Shown one piece after another: positions 1 through 12,096 of a DNA stretch of 64,000 nt. The stretch is from Eledone cirrhosa (lineage: Eukaryota), in NCBI GenBank assembly GCA_964016885.1, contig OZ024741.1, positions 240,250,001-240,314,000 of the forward strand. Direction: 5' to 3'. The notes under the pieces are model-generated. The model was not told the DNA's origin. It saw nothing but the letters and a program-made list of their open reading frames with translations, and searched no databases. Both the position numbers and the translations under genes were made by a program. Each line of letters begins with the position of its first letter. Positions within the stretch are counted from its first letter, which is position 1.

Positions 1-1708
1 GTTTTGTCCTCTTTTCTACTCATCAACACTTTTGTCTTAGCTAGATTCATTCTCAGTCCTCTTGCTTCTAACTGCTGTTTCCATAGCCAGAATTTATTCT
101 CTAGCTCCTCTACTGATTCTGCTATAAGAACCAGATCGTCAGCGTAGAGAAGTTCCCATGGACAGCCAGTCTTAAACTCCTCTGTTATGGCTTGGAGGAC
201 TATAATGAACAAGAGCGGGCTGAGGACCGAACCCTGATGTACTCCTACTTGTATCTGGAATTCCTCACTAAACTCCATTCCTACCCTGACTTTACTGAGA
301 GTACCTCTGTACAAAGTTTGCACTGTCCTCACAAGCCATTCCTCAACACCTAGCTTCCTTAGGGACCACCAGATGACAGATCGGGGTACCCTATCAAAGG
401 CCTTCTCTAGGTCAACAAAGGCTAAGTATTGTGGCTTATTCTTCTCTAAGAACCTCTCTTGCAATTGTCTCACCAAGAAGAGGGCATCTGTTGTACTCTT
501 CCCAGGCACAAAACCAAACTGCATCTCATCTAGTTTGACCCTTTCTCTAATTAGTTGTGCTAAAATCCTTTCTGCCACTTTCATAACCTGATCTATCAGT
601 TTTATACCCCTATAATTGCTCCTCTCCAAAGCATCCCCTTTACCTTTGTAGCAATTTATGAGAATACTGCTGCACCAGTCTTTGGGTATGACACCACCAT
701 ATATAGCCTGATTGATGATGCGTGCAACCAGTTTAGTGCCTACATCCCCTGATGCCTTCAGCATCTCAGCAACTATTCCCGATGGTCCGGCAGCCTTACC
801 ATTTTTCATTTCCCTAATCGCCTCTTGGACCCTATATTCGTCAATCTCAATAGCTGGTCCCTCTGTCGGATCCACCAAGGGTAATTTCTCTCTCTCCCAT
901 TCGTTCTCCACATTCATCAGTCTCTCATAATGACATTTCCAGGCCTCCTTTTTCTGATCATTCGTGACACTAAGTACACCGGCATCATCCCGGACACATT
1001 TATCTCCAACAACATCCTGATTTGCATTGACACACTGCCTTGCAATGTGGAACACTGCATGCCTCTGATCTTCCCGTCGCAGAACATTGGCAAACCTCCT
1101 ACTCTCTGCCTCCCTGCGTGCTAAGTACACCTGACGTCTAGCTTCTCTCTTAGTGGCTGTATATTCTTCCCTACTCCCACCCTTTTTCCAAGCCTTCCAT
1201 GTTAGTCTTTTGTCTCTAATAGCCTTATCTACTGTGCTGTTCCACCACCAGGTCACTCTCTGTCTGGTTGGAGCTCTGCTCCAGCCACAGGTTTCATCAG
1301 TAGCCTGCAGCAAGTTGTCACGTAAGAAATTCCAGTTATTATCTATGTCATACGTCTCTAAATCGTCTTCTTTTTCGTCATATACATCTTGAAGGGCTTT
1401 CCTAAATTTGTATTTTAGTGAAAGGTCTTTTAGCTTCCAGACCTTTCTTCTCCACACCTTCCTATATGTCTCATTCCATCTCTTGCTTACTGAGATATCA
1501 CTAACAACTAACCTATGCTGTGGGGTACATTCTTCCCCAGGGTATGCCTTGGTATTAGACACTATCTGCCTGTCCTGCTGCCTAACTAGCAGGAAGTCAA
1601 TCTGGCTTATGTGCTCACCAGATTAGTAGGTTATTAGGTGATTGGCAGGTTTCTGGAAGTTTGTGTTGCAAATAGTCAATGTAGCTGCATCACAAAATTC
1701 AAGAAGTC
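1..1708 (-). mobile_element. RTE-clade LINE ORF2 (end of APE endonuclease + RT), 5'-truncated, runs off window start
   Basis: Minus-strand translation gives GVHQGSVLSPLLF...CPWELLYADDLVL (YADD at 135-146) and APE C-terminal motifs SQIDFLL...EECTPQHRLVVSD near 1500-1610; in-frame stop near 1624. Confidence 0.92.
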
Positions 1709-1772
1709 TATATTTACTATATTTATATATAATATGTATCATTTGATATTTAATATACTATTATATCATTTA

Positions 1773-2414
1773 TCTATATACTACTAAAACTCTGTGATTG
1801 ATTGCTTGCTTGTCTGTAATGTAATACAACCAAAAGGGCGCATAATGGGAAAATACTTTGAAAGAAAGTTGACCCTGAAATGGGAATACAAATGGAATAA
1901 AACAAGTTTCGAGTAAATCGGACCATGGGTTCCCGAGATATGGGGTTTTTCCGGGTACATTCATAAACAAAACGAGAGAAAGATACAGAGGAAGAGATAG
2001 TGGTTGTGAGAGAATAGATTGAAAGAGAGACATAGAGAGAGGGAAAGGAGTCAGAGAAGGAGAATGGAAGAGAGCTGGTGGTGTTGTTCTGTATATATAT
2101 ATAAGTGAGTGTGTGAGTATATATATAAGTCTGTGTATATGTGTATGTGTGTCTATGACCAGTGCATATAGATCACAGACACCCACATATATATACACAC
2201 ACACATACATATATATATATATGTATATACACACGCACATTTATATATATATATACATACACACACGTGTATATGTATGGCCCTTTCAGTTTCATTTCAC
2301 ATTATATACATGTCTGTGTATATTTTGATTTTTTTAAAATTATTTTTAAGTGAACATGATTTTTAAAAAAATATTTCGAAGTGAACATAACCCAACGGGT
2401 GACAGGTGGTCTAG
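1773..2414 (+). mobile_element. Non-autonomous Helitron-like unit 1
   Basis: Starts A|TCTATATACTACTAAAAC; ends with GC-rich imperfect hairpin ACCCAACGGGTGACAGGT then GGTCTAG|T; no TSD seen. Confidence 0.65.
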
Positions 2415-2794
2415 TATACTACTAAAACTCTGTGAGTGTGTGCTTGTCTGTAATTTAATACAGCCAAAATGGCGCATAATTAGAAAATACTTTGAAAGAA
2501 AGTTGCCCTGAAATGACAATACAGATGGAATAAAACAAGTTTTGTGTAAATCGGAGCACAGATTCCCGGGTACCTTCATAAACAGAGAGAGAGAGAAACA
2601 TACAGAGAAAGAGAGAGTGGTTGTGAGAGAGTAGATTGAAGAGAGACATAAAGAGAAGGAAAATGGAAGCGCGAGAGCTGGTGGTGTTGTTGAATGAAAT
2701 TATAACACACATATATATGAGCCTTCCAATTTCATTTTACATTATATGCATGTCTGTATTTTAATTATTTAAAAGTTATTTTGAAGTGAACATG

Positions 2795-2832
<38 letters not shown>

Positions 2833-2843
2833 TAACAGATTAA

Positions 2844-2894
2844 AGTTTAAGCAAACAATCGCTGCTTTCACCCTTAACGAGATCTTCTGAAACT
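2844..2894 (-). ncRNA. Variant type-I hammerhead-like motif in a Penelope-like repeat
   Basis: Reverse complement: AGTTT-CAGAAGA-tctcgttaagggt-GAAA-GCA..TGC-TT-AAACT; same family at 36035-36184 and 36545-36680. Confidence 0.45.
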
Positions 2895-3101
2895 AAAAAA
2901 TCAATCTGTGAATGCGGAAGTAAATATTTCGACAAATGTTGCAACTGAAGGAAAACAGGAAGATGATACTTTGGTTCGTGAAGACGTTCCCTGGCAATAA
3001 GCGGAAAAAAGCGAAGATAATACGTCATTATGTGGAGCGATAAGAACAAATATATATATAAGTATAGCTATATATAAATATATATATATGTATATATATA
3101 A

Positions 3102-3171
<70 letters not shown>

Positions 3172-3174
<3 letters not shown>

Positions 3175-3441
3175 GGGCGAAGGGTGCGTGCATGCAATGC
3201 ATGCAGTGCATGCATTATATAATCTTGAGTTGATCAATTGCGTCGGTTGAAGCAAGCAGAATTTTGGCTGGTTACTAAATCGTAGACACATAAAAAGATA
3301 ACACACACACTTGATAACACTACATGTGGCTTTGACCGGGAGGGTCATTTAGAGGGAATTGGAGCAGGTAAGGCTGCACAGCCCCACTTTCCGCCATGGT
3401 GATTAGACTGCATGCTCTGCTTTCCAGGTTACCCTTCGCCA

Positions 3442-3444
<3 letters not shown>
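3172..3444. mobile_element. MITE with hAT-like TIRs inserted in (TA)n
   Basis: TIRs CAGGGGCGAAGGGT / ACCCTTCGCCACTG (13 of 14 match); (TA)n on both sides. Confidence 0.8.
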
Positions 3445-3500
<56 letters not shown>

Positions 3501-4119
3501 TTTATTTATATGGTGGGTAATGATAAATATTATCCAGTTACAAGTATGAAAATAGCTCAATGTAAAATAACAAGTATAATACAGAGCCGAAATACAATGT
3601 AAATGACAATCAATGAGTGTTTAATCTTTCAAACATTTAATCACTGATGATCGTTTCATCCTAGCACGAGGCCGGAATCATCGGAGTTGATAACAAAAGT
3701 TAAACACAAATATAAGATCAAAACTTTGTCACAAGAATATTAGGAGGATACATAATATGGGAGATTAGATAAGCGCAAGCATTAAAATAAAAAATTTATA
3801 TAAGGTAACTGAGGCGGAAAAACATGAAAAATAGGAGCAGATAAATGCAATAAAAAAATTTAAAAAGTTCTAATTTAAAAAAATATATTTTTGAAATATA
3901 TATTTGAAATGTATGCTTTTCTTCTGTCTCCTATTATTAACTTTCTTAGCTATATATGATATACGATTTTCACTGTATTTAATTTATCTGTAACCGCATG
4001 TTTTTTAATTTATTTTTTAATTTTTTAATTTTCACCATCACACCACCACCACATATTTTAAAGTCCTGTCAAATAATTGAGAAGATGAAAACATTTGTTG
4101 TTTCAAAGTAAAAAATATT

Positions 4120-5130
4120 GCAGTGGGATATGGAAAGGGAGAGAGTATCTGTTGGTTAATTGAAAGGGTATTGTGAGAGTGAGAGAGAGTGAAGTATGTA
4201 GTGGGATATATTAGAGTTTATTAGCCTAGTGAGAGAGATGAGAGTTTATTAGCCTATTGAGAGAGGGAGAGTTAAGAGAGTGAAAGAGAGTGAGGTATTT
4301 AGTGGAATATAAAGAGGGGGAGAGAATTTGGTGGTCAAGTGAGAGAGGGGAATTGTGAGAATGAGTGAGGTATGTAGTCGGATATAGAGAGCGGGAGAGA
4401 ATTTACTGGTTTAGTGAGAGAGAATGAGGTATGTAGTGGAGTATAGAGAGGTAGAGAGAATTTGTTGATCTGGTGAAAGACGGGAATTGTGAGAGAGTGT
4501 GAGGTATGTAGTTGGATATAGATAGCAGGAGAGAATGTTGGTTTAGTGAGAGAGGTAGAATTAAGAGAGTGAGGTATTTTTGGAGGGCTAGTGAGAGAAT
4601 TTGGTGGTCTAGTGAGAGAGGGGGAATTGTAAGAGAGTGTGAGGTATGTAGTGGGTTATATAGAGGGGGACAGAGTTCATTGTCCTAGTAAGAGAGGTGG
4701 CATTGTAAGAATGAGAGAGAGTGATGTATAAAGTGGGATATAGAGAGCGGGAGAGTATTTGTTGAGAGCATTTGTTGAGAGTGAGATATGTAGAGAGGCA
4801 GAGAGTTTAGTGTTATAGTAAGAGAGGGGCAGAGAGTTTAGTGTTATAGTAAGAGAGTTTTGCAGTTTAGTGAGAGAAGGGGGATTGTGAGAGTGAGATA
4901 TGTAGTCGGATATATAGAGGGGGAGATAATTTTGTGATTTAGTGAGAGAGAGTGAGGAATGTAGTGGTATATAGAGAGGCAGAGAAAGATATAATGTTTT
5001 AGTGAGAGAGAGGGGTAATATTTTGAGAGAGAGTGACAAAATAATTGTAGGAGGAAGAAAAAATGTTTTAATATTGGTTTTTTTCCTCACTCACTAAACC
5101 AACAAATTCCCTCCCGTTCTCTATATCCCA
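4120..5130 (+). repeat. Degenerate GA-rich minisatellite (about 60-70 bp unit), last unit inverted
   Basis: Recurring GAGTGAGGTATGTAGTGGGATATAGAGAG..GAGAATTT..TAGTGAGAGAG; reverse-complement copy at about 5085-5130. Confidence 0.8.
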
Positions 5131-5185
5131 TAAACAGAGAGAGAATGATACAGAGAAAGAGAGCGTGGTTGTGAGAAAGTAGATT

Positions 5186-5241
<56 letters not shown>

Positions 5242-5399
5242 CGACGGGTCACGGGTGGTCTAGTATATATATACAATACTATAATAATAATATATTATAA
5301 ATAATAAATTTATAGCTTTGAACGTGCCCTCTGCTACCTGTTGAAAAATGTTTGTATCAATTGACAATTGACCTGTTTGCAGAGTCCTTCCCTTCTATT

Positions 5400-5635
5400 G
5401 CAAACTCTCCAAGTACCAGTCGCTCTCCGACAGGTTCGCGGTCGTGCCCTTGGCAGTAGTGACTTCTGGTGTCCTTGGCCCTAAGGCTACCCTCCCTACA
5501 CGCCATCATAGGTGCTGAAATGGCTAGCCGCAGGTGTGAGCCTCGGGAGTTGGAATGGTTCTTCCAGAGCATCTCCCTTACCATCCTCCGGGGAAACGCC
5601 TTCTCCATTCTGTCCGCCAGGGCTGTGACGAGGCC
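5400..5635 (+). mobile_element. 3' fragment of CRE-type (restriction-like endonuclease) non-LTR retrotransposon
   Basis: Translates to PLAVVTSGVLGP...EPRELEWFFQSISLTILRGNAFSILS, matching the P.AVET.G..G / QRISIAIQRGNA C-terminus of CRE elements. Confidence 0.75.
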
Positions 5636-5664
5636 ATTAGACTTCTCGTCTGAGAGGGGAGTCT

Positions 5665-6102
5665 TGTAGTGCTCTCTAAACAAGGAAAGTAGCTAGAGTT
5701 ACTTCCCGTTGAAATTCTAGAACCTTCCTTTTAACTTCTGTTCAAGGGATTATAAAAGAAGAAACTGAAATCCATTTTCCTCTTTTTTTGGCGGCTTTTC
5801 TCAAACTGATCACATCGGGCGCAAGCATGCCAACCCTTTTCCAACCACATCTCATGGTTCAGGATTATACCTCGTTATGCCATGAGGATATTTGTTTACC
5901 ACGTTTGTAAATGCAAGTTATTTTTGATACTCGTTTTGAGAAACTTGTTACGCTTTCACTCATTACTTCTTGTAGTGAGAGATAATTCTCACACGGCATG
6001 ATATTGTATGAAAATTCTCCTATCTCTTATTTCTATTAAATTTAGTAGTTGGGATCCGGTGGTACTTACTGGAGTAAGTAACCCTGGGACCAGCTCACTA
6101 AA
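5665..6102 (+). repeat. 5' LTR
   Basis: TGTAGTG...CACTAAA; direct repeat of 10771-11223, about 4% divergent by eye plus a 15-bp deletion. Confidence 0.92.
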
Positions 6103-6104
6103 AA

Positions 6105-6117
6105 TGGTGACCTCCGA
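6105..6117 (+). promoter_or_regulatory. Primer-binding site, tRNA-Trp-like
   Basis: TGGTGACCTCCGA 2 nt after the LTR; the canonical Trp PBS begins TGGTGACCCCGA. Confidence 0.75.
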
Positions 6118-6576
6118 ATTCGCAGAAAAACAAATTCATTCATTCAACAGCGTATAAAAGTAGTGACAAATATTTTCATACACTATTACAACTTATTGCT
6201 ACACAAATATTGCTACACAAATATTGCTAAACAACTCCACTAAAATGGTAAACCCAACAACTACACAGAAAAAAAAAATTATTCACGACTCCAGGAAATT
6301 CGCTTTATTTCAGTCAGTTCGTGTGGGGCGAACAAAAGAATAGAAAACAAAATTTTTGTCCCTCGTGTCGTCGATTCAACCAAGCTTTCGTTTTGAGGTC
6401 TCCATCTTACTTGCTCGGTGCACCATCTTACTTCAGCTATTCATGGTACCACTACGTGAGCATATAATTTTGAAAATACAGCTAATTTTTTCCTTTGTCG
6501 TTGGCTGGTTCATGAAAGTTAAACCATGTGTGCGGCAGTTGGAAAAAAATTTCGCTCAGCGGCTACTGTGTTCATC

Positions 6577-7340
6577 ATGAGCAATTCTTCGTTACCGACA
6601 TATTCTGGTGCTGCAAAGTTGTGGTTTGCACAACTGGACTCGTATTTTGCTGCCCACGGCGTTCAAGTGGCACAACAAAGATTACACGTGCTCATAAGTG
6701 GAATTCCTGCATCGCTCGCAACCTCAGTTAAAGACATAATCACAGATCCCCCCCACAAGGCACATCTTATGAAACCCCAAAGGCAGAAGTACTCAGACGG
6801 AACAGCCGTTCGTCTGAGAGCAAATTTCGTTCCTTGTTGGAAGAGGAAAACCTGGGAGATAGAACCCCATCTCAGTTTTTACAGCGCATCCGGGAACTGA
6901 GCGACTCAACAGCAGAGGACAACTCTTTCGTGAAACAATTCTTCTTCTCCCGTTTGCCAACAAATGTGCAGACCATACTGGCAAATATGGTCGACACCAG
7001 TCCTCTGGACCAAATTATAGCCTCGGCGGATCGCATAATGGAATTTTTTCGTGTGCCTACTTCGGCAGATTCACCCATCGCTTCTACTTTTAAAACACAG
7101 CCTGCTTCACCTCGTGAGGACTCTATGCTGAGGGCCATTGACGCGTGAACTCGTCAAGTGATTAAACTGTGTCGGGAGCGAGCGCCATCCAGGTGGCATT
7201 CACGGAATCGGTCTCCTTCTCTTCATCGTCGCGCCAAACTCCCCACCAACAACTCGTCTTTGTGTTGGTATCACGTGCGTTTTCGTGAAAAGGCGAAACA
7301 TTGTATTCAGCCCTGCTCTTTCGAGACCTCGGAAAGCTAA
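6577..7340 (+). pseudogene. gag: gag (frameshifted, internal stop)
   Basis: MSNSSLPTYSGAAKLWFAQL...LGDRTPSQFL...CWYHVRFREKAKHCIQPC (C-X2-H-X9-C-X3-C). Confidence 0.88.
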
Positions 7341-10300
7341 AATTGGAGAGTCTGGGCACAGCAGACCTCTCCCTCATTAATTCTCCTTATCGTGCTTTCT
7401 TTATCAGAGACCGAGTTTCAAACAAATCATTTATGGTGGACACAGGATCTAGTTGCAGTATTTGGCCTCTTCGGTTCAGCTCTACCGAACCAAATTTTTC
7501 CGGCATTTCCTTGTATGCAGTAAACCAGTCTCCTATAAAAACTTATGGACAAATATCTTTATCATTGGACCTAGCTTTGCGTTGAGATTTCAAATGGATT
7601 TTCGTCGTTGCGGACCTAACTCATCCTATTCTCGGTGCTGATATTTTACACCCCTATTCACTATTGGTAGATGTCAGGAGACAGAAACTTGTGGATGGTA
7701 CCACATCCTTACCTACGCCTGCTCGTAGGTCTACTGCTACTGTCATAAGTCCCGCGTGTTTTATAGCTGCCTCTGGAAACCAGTTTCATTCACTTCTTGC
7801 CTTGTTTCCCGAGTTAACTGACATTTCATTTAAACAGAATCAAGTAGTCCACTCGACTCGACATTTTATTACAACAACTGCTCAGCCTGTTTTCTCTCGT
7901 CCACGTAGGTTGGCTCCGGACAAGTTAAAGAAAGCCAGGGATGAGTTCTAACACATGCTTCAGCTTGGTCTTATATGACTGTCAACCAGCCCATGGGCCT
8001 CTCCGCTTCATTTGGCTTGTAAGGGTGAAGCGGATTTTAGACCTGTGGGAGATTATAGACGACTTAATGCTACCACAACACCTGATCGTTATCCTTTACC
8101 AAATTTACAGGATTTTTCATCCGTTCTGCATGGATGCAAGATCTTTTCTAAAATAGATCTGGTACGCACTTACCATCAATACCCATGCATCCAGAAGACA
8201 TACCAAAAACAGCTGTGACCACCCCTTTTGGTTTGCGGAATGCCCCTAGTATGTTCCAACGTTTTATCGATGAGGTCACGCGTAGATTGGATTTCGTGTT
8301 TGCTTACGTAGATGATCTCCTGATAGCCAGTGATTCAGCTGAGCACCACAATCAACATCTATCCCAGTTATTTCAACGTCTCCGATCTTACCAAGTCAGA
8401 ATCAACCCAGTTAAATGTGTGTTTGGTACAGATTCACTGGAATTACTTGGACATCTTATAGATTCAGAAGGCATTCGACCTTTGCCATCTAAGGTAGAAG
8501 CGATTCAGCATATCGCACCACCAACATCCTTGAAACAATTACGTCATTTCTTGGGATTAATTAACTTTTATCGTCATTTCATTCCTAACTGTGCGGACAA
8601 GTTGTTCCCCTTGACACAGTTTTTAAAGGCTGCAAAAAAGAAAGATGCTCCTATTTCACTTTCTGCCGTCAAGTCTGAGCTAGCTGAAGTTTCCTTCCTT
8701 GCGAGACTTTCCTTATCTGTTGATGTATCCGATCATGCTGTTAGTGCAGTTTTGCAACATGCGATCGATCACCAGGTTCAACCACTGGCGTTTTTCTCAC
8801 ACCAACTAAAACCAGCAGAGCAACGTTACAGTACTTTTGACAGAGAGCTTCTAGCGATTTATCTTGCTGTGAGACATTTCCACCATCTTCTTGAAGGTCG
8901 GGAATTCACGGTATTCACAGACCATAAACCACTCACATTTGCTCTTCAAACCAAATCCGACAGGTACTCTCCGAGAGCATACAGACATTTGGACCTCATC
9001 TCCCAGTATACCAGTGACATTCATCATATAGCTGGAACTGCCAACATACCTGCGGACGCACTATCTCGACTTTCTGTGTGTTCTCTTGCGTCTCCTGCAC
9101 ATATCGATTTGGTTGCCATAGCAACTGACCAACCTATTTTGGATTCGTTGGACATTTCTTCTACCCAACTTTCCTGCTGTAAGTTTGATTATTTACCTCT
9201 TTCATCTGCTGAAGGAAAAATTATTTGCGATATTTCTACTGGATCACCCAGACCGATTGTTCCAGATTGTCATCAGCGTACCGTTTTTGATGCACTTCAT
9301 TCCTTGTCGCATCCTGGCATAGCTGCCACGGTGAAGCTTATTACGGCTCGATTCTTCTGGCCTAATAAGCGTCGTTTAATCGCCAGTTGGGCACGTTCTT
9401 GTTTGAAGTGCCAGCGCTCTAAGATTTATCTGCATGTCCGCGCTCCTCTTGGGAAATACAGCCCGCCAGACGCACGTTTCCGTCATATTCACATGGATAT
9501 TGTTGGTCCGTGGCCCGTTAGTCGTGGGTTCACGTATATATTGACTTGTATCGATCGTTTCTCTCGGTGGCCTGAAGCCATACTCCTAGTGGACATAACA
9601 GCAGAGTCCGTTGCCCGAGCTTTCATTTCCAAATAGATTGCTTGCATTGGTGTTCCTACTAAAATAACTACGGATCGTGGACGCCAATTTGAAGCTTCCT
9701 TATTTTGTGAAATATCACGACTCTTGGGTGCTCATCACATTCATACGACCAGCTATCACCCAGCCTCTAATGGAATGGTCGAGAGGTTTCATAAACAGTT
9801 GAAAGCTGCACTTCGCGCTACTCCTGATCCGCAACGTTGGACCAAATTTTTGCCAATCGTGCTTTTTGGTTGTCGTTCTGCCATTAAGACAGATTTAGGT
9901 TTTTCTTCTGCTGAACTTCTTTATGGTACTACATTGTATCTTCCTGGACAAATGTTAGCACCAGTGGATTCATCACATCTTGACCCAGCATCATATGTCA
10001 CCAGGATTCGTTCGTATTTCTCGGATCTTCCACCGATGAACCCTCGTGACCAGTCTATTTCTTCTGCTGTCCCATCGGACATCTCTACGTGGATACACAT
10101 TTTCATACGGAATGATTCCGTCAAGGGACCTCTTACGTCACCCTACAATGGACCTTTTCGTGTGCTTTCGCACACACCCAAACATTTCACAGTGGCTGTC
10201 AATGGTCGAAAAGAGACAATATCCAATGACAGAGCAAAGAAGGCTTTCTCTGAAATTCTCATTACACTGCCTGACATACCTCGTACATACACTCCCACAC

Positions 10301-10410
10301 AAACACCTTCACCTCCACCACAAACACCACATAGCACATAACCTTATGTCACACGAGGTGGCAGGACAGTAAAATGGCCACAAAAACTTTCAAAATCAAT
10401 ATACATCTAA
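7301..10410 (+). pseudogene. pol: pol (protease, RT, RNase H, integrase), disrupted
   Basis: FMVDTGSS; DYRRLN, KIDL, YVDD; YSTFDRELLA, TDHKPL, ADALSR; HSLSHPG..C..C, HMDIVGP, NGMVERFH. Confidence 0.93.
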
Positions 10411-10770
10411 CCCCTAGTGGCATTAACAAACTTCTTTTTCAGTTTTCAGATAGAACTAGTGTCAGAAAGCCTGTACATTGGTGATGTATGAACTATTTGA
10501 CTTTGAAAAACTTTAAAAAACTTTGAACTTACCATTGAGCATTAATTTTCTCTGCTCCCTTATATTAACTTTGAATTATCAGTTTGTTACATTCACATTT
10601 TTCTTTGTAAAATTCATTTACTTGTTTTGTGCTCCTTTGCTATTTGCTTGCTCATGTTTTTTTTATTCATTCATTTTCTTGTACTTTTTGTTTTGCTCCT
10701 CAATTCTTACGGGTTCTCGCTACAATGACCTTCGTTTGATTATTAGACTTCTCGTCTGAGAGGGGAGTCT

Positions 10771-11223
10771 TGTAGCGCTCTCTAGACAAGGGAAGTAGCT
10801 AGAGTTACTTCCCGTTGAAATTCTAGAACCTTACTATTAACTTCCGTTCAAGGGATTATAAAAGAAGAAACTGAAATCCATCTTCCTCTTTTTTTGGCGG
10901 CTTTTCTCAAACTGATCACATTGAGCGCAAACATGCCAACCCTTTTCCAACCACATCTCATGGTTCAGGATTATACCTCGTTATGCCACGAGGATATTTG
11001 TTTAACACGTTTGTAACATGGACTACAATAAATGCAAGTTATTTTTGATACTCGTTTTGAGAAACTTGTTACGCTTTCAGTCATTACTTCATGTAGTGAG
11101 AGATAATTCTCACACGGCATGATATTGTATGAAAATTCTCCTATCTCATATTTCTATTAAATTTAGTAGTTGGGATCCGGTGGTAATTACTGGAGTAAGT
11201 AACCCTGGGACTAGCTCACTAAA
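10771..11223 (+). repeat. 3' LTR, preceded by PPT GAGAGGGGAG
   Basis: Direct repeat of the 5' LTR; contains AATAAA near 11027. Confidence 0.92.
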
Positions 11224-11631
11224 GTATGTTATTAAATAACCAACTGGTTGTTACTGTTCAAGTTATTTATCATCACCAGCCACCACCACCAGCTAAATAA
11301 TTAGAATATAATACGCTAGTTTATTTGTCCGTCACAAGAAATGACTGATGAAGGAAGGGGTAATAACGTTGACTTAGGAAGGGGTGGCAGCGTCCAATAT
11401 TCGGTACATCTGTGTGTCTATATGTACAGCGAATTGGCTACACATATTGGCTGTTATGATTGTGTGTTTGTGTAAATTATATTTACATATAATATTTGTG
11501 AGTGTGTGTTTGTTTAGAAAGATACATAGACAATACAATTACAAACACGCACGAATCTACAAGTATATATATATATATATATATAAAATAAAATAAATAA
11601 GTCAAATATTTAAAATTTGGCTTCGTTTATT

Positions 11632-11686
11632 ACTGCTATATATATTTCGGTGACAGCCATCTTTGGCTGTGACCTCTTCAGGCAGT
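11632..11686 (-). ncRNA. Minimal type-I hammerhead ribozyme (intact core)
   Basis: Reverse complement: ACTGC-CTGAAGA-GGTCACAGCCA aaga TGGCTGTCACC-GAAA-TATATATA-GCAGT. Confidence 0.85.
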
Positions 11687-11869
11687 CCGAATTAGTGTGG
11701 TAGAGACGGGTACACATGTTGTTGAGCTGTTTATTTCTCTGAGGAACTGGAATCATGATTCCAGTTCCTCAGAGAAATAACAACCCAACCAGGAACTGGG
11801 CATATCGAAGTATTGACGAAGTTAAACACCTCAACAACATGTATACCCGTCTCTACCACACCGATTCGG

Positions 11870-11924
11870 ACTGCCTGAAGAGGTCACAGCCAAAGATGGC
11901 TGTCACTGAAATATATATAGAAGT
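11870..11924 (+). ncRNA. Minimal type-I hammerhead ribozyme (one stem-I mismatch)
   Basis: ACTGC-CTGAAGA-GGTCACAGCCAAAGATGGCTGTCACT-GAAA-TATATATA-GAAGT. Confidence 0.78.
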
Positions 11925-12061
11925 AATAAACGAAGCCAAATTTTAAATATTTGACTTATTTATTTTATTTTACATTACTCCGGAGTAACCAAACCAACCT
12001 GCGCACTTCGTCGAGTGCTCCAATCTGCATACTGAAGTGTCGGTGAACAACCAACATATAC

Positions 12062-12092
<31 letters not shown>

Positions 12093-12096
<4 letters not shown>

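Larger units (their letters stand above)
2415..5263 (+). mobile_element. Helitron-like unit 2, head-to-tail with unit 1 and expanded by nested inserts
   Basis: 2415-2795 is homologous to 1775-2360; 5131-5263 resumes family sequence and ends ACCCGACGGGTCACGGGTGGTCTAG|T. Confidence 0.55.
5665..11223 (+). mobile_element. Ty3/Gypsy LTR retrotransposon, CsRN1-like, decayed
   Basis: Two about 440-450 bp LTRs, tRNA-Trp-like PBS, Gag with CHCC motif, PR-RT-RH-IN order, PPT; multiple stops and frameshifts. Confidence 0.93.
11584..12062 (+). mobile_element. Penelope-like (PLE) 3' end/pLTR with inverted partial copy, in (TA)n
   Basis: Inverted arms about 11584-11730 and 11823-11972, each carrying a hammerhead; unique tail to 12062; (TA)n flanks. 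Confidence 0.75.

Noticed and set aside
5665-11223. ADAR-type A-to-G hypermutation between the LTRs
   Set aside because: The roughly 17 differences are mixed in type and direction, with no clear bias
11340-11380. CTGATGA motif
   Set aside because: No stem II or GAAA at a suitable distance
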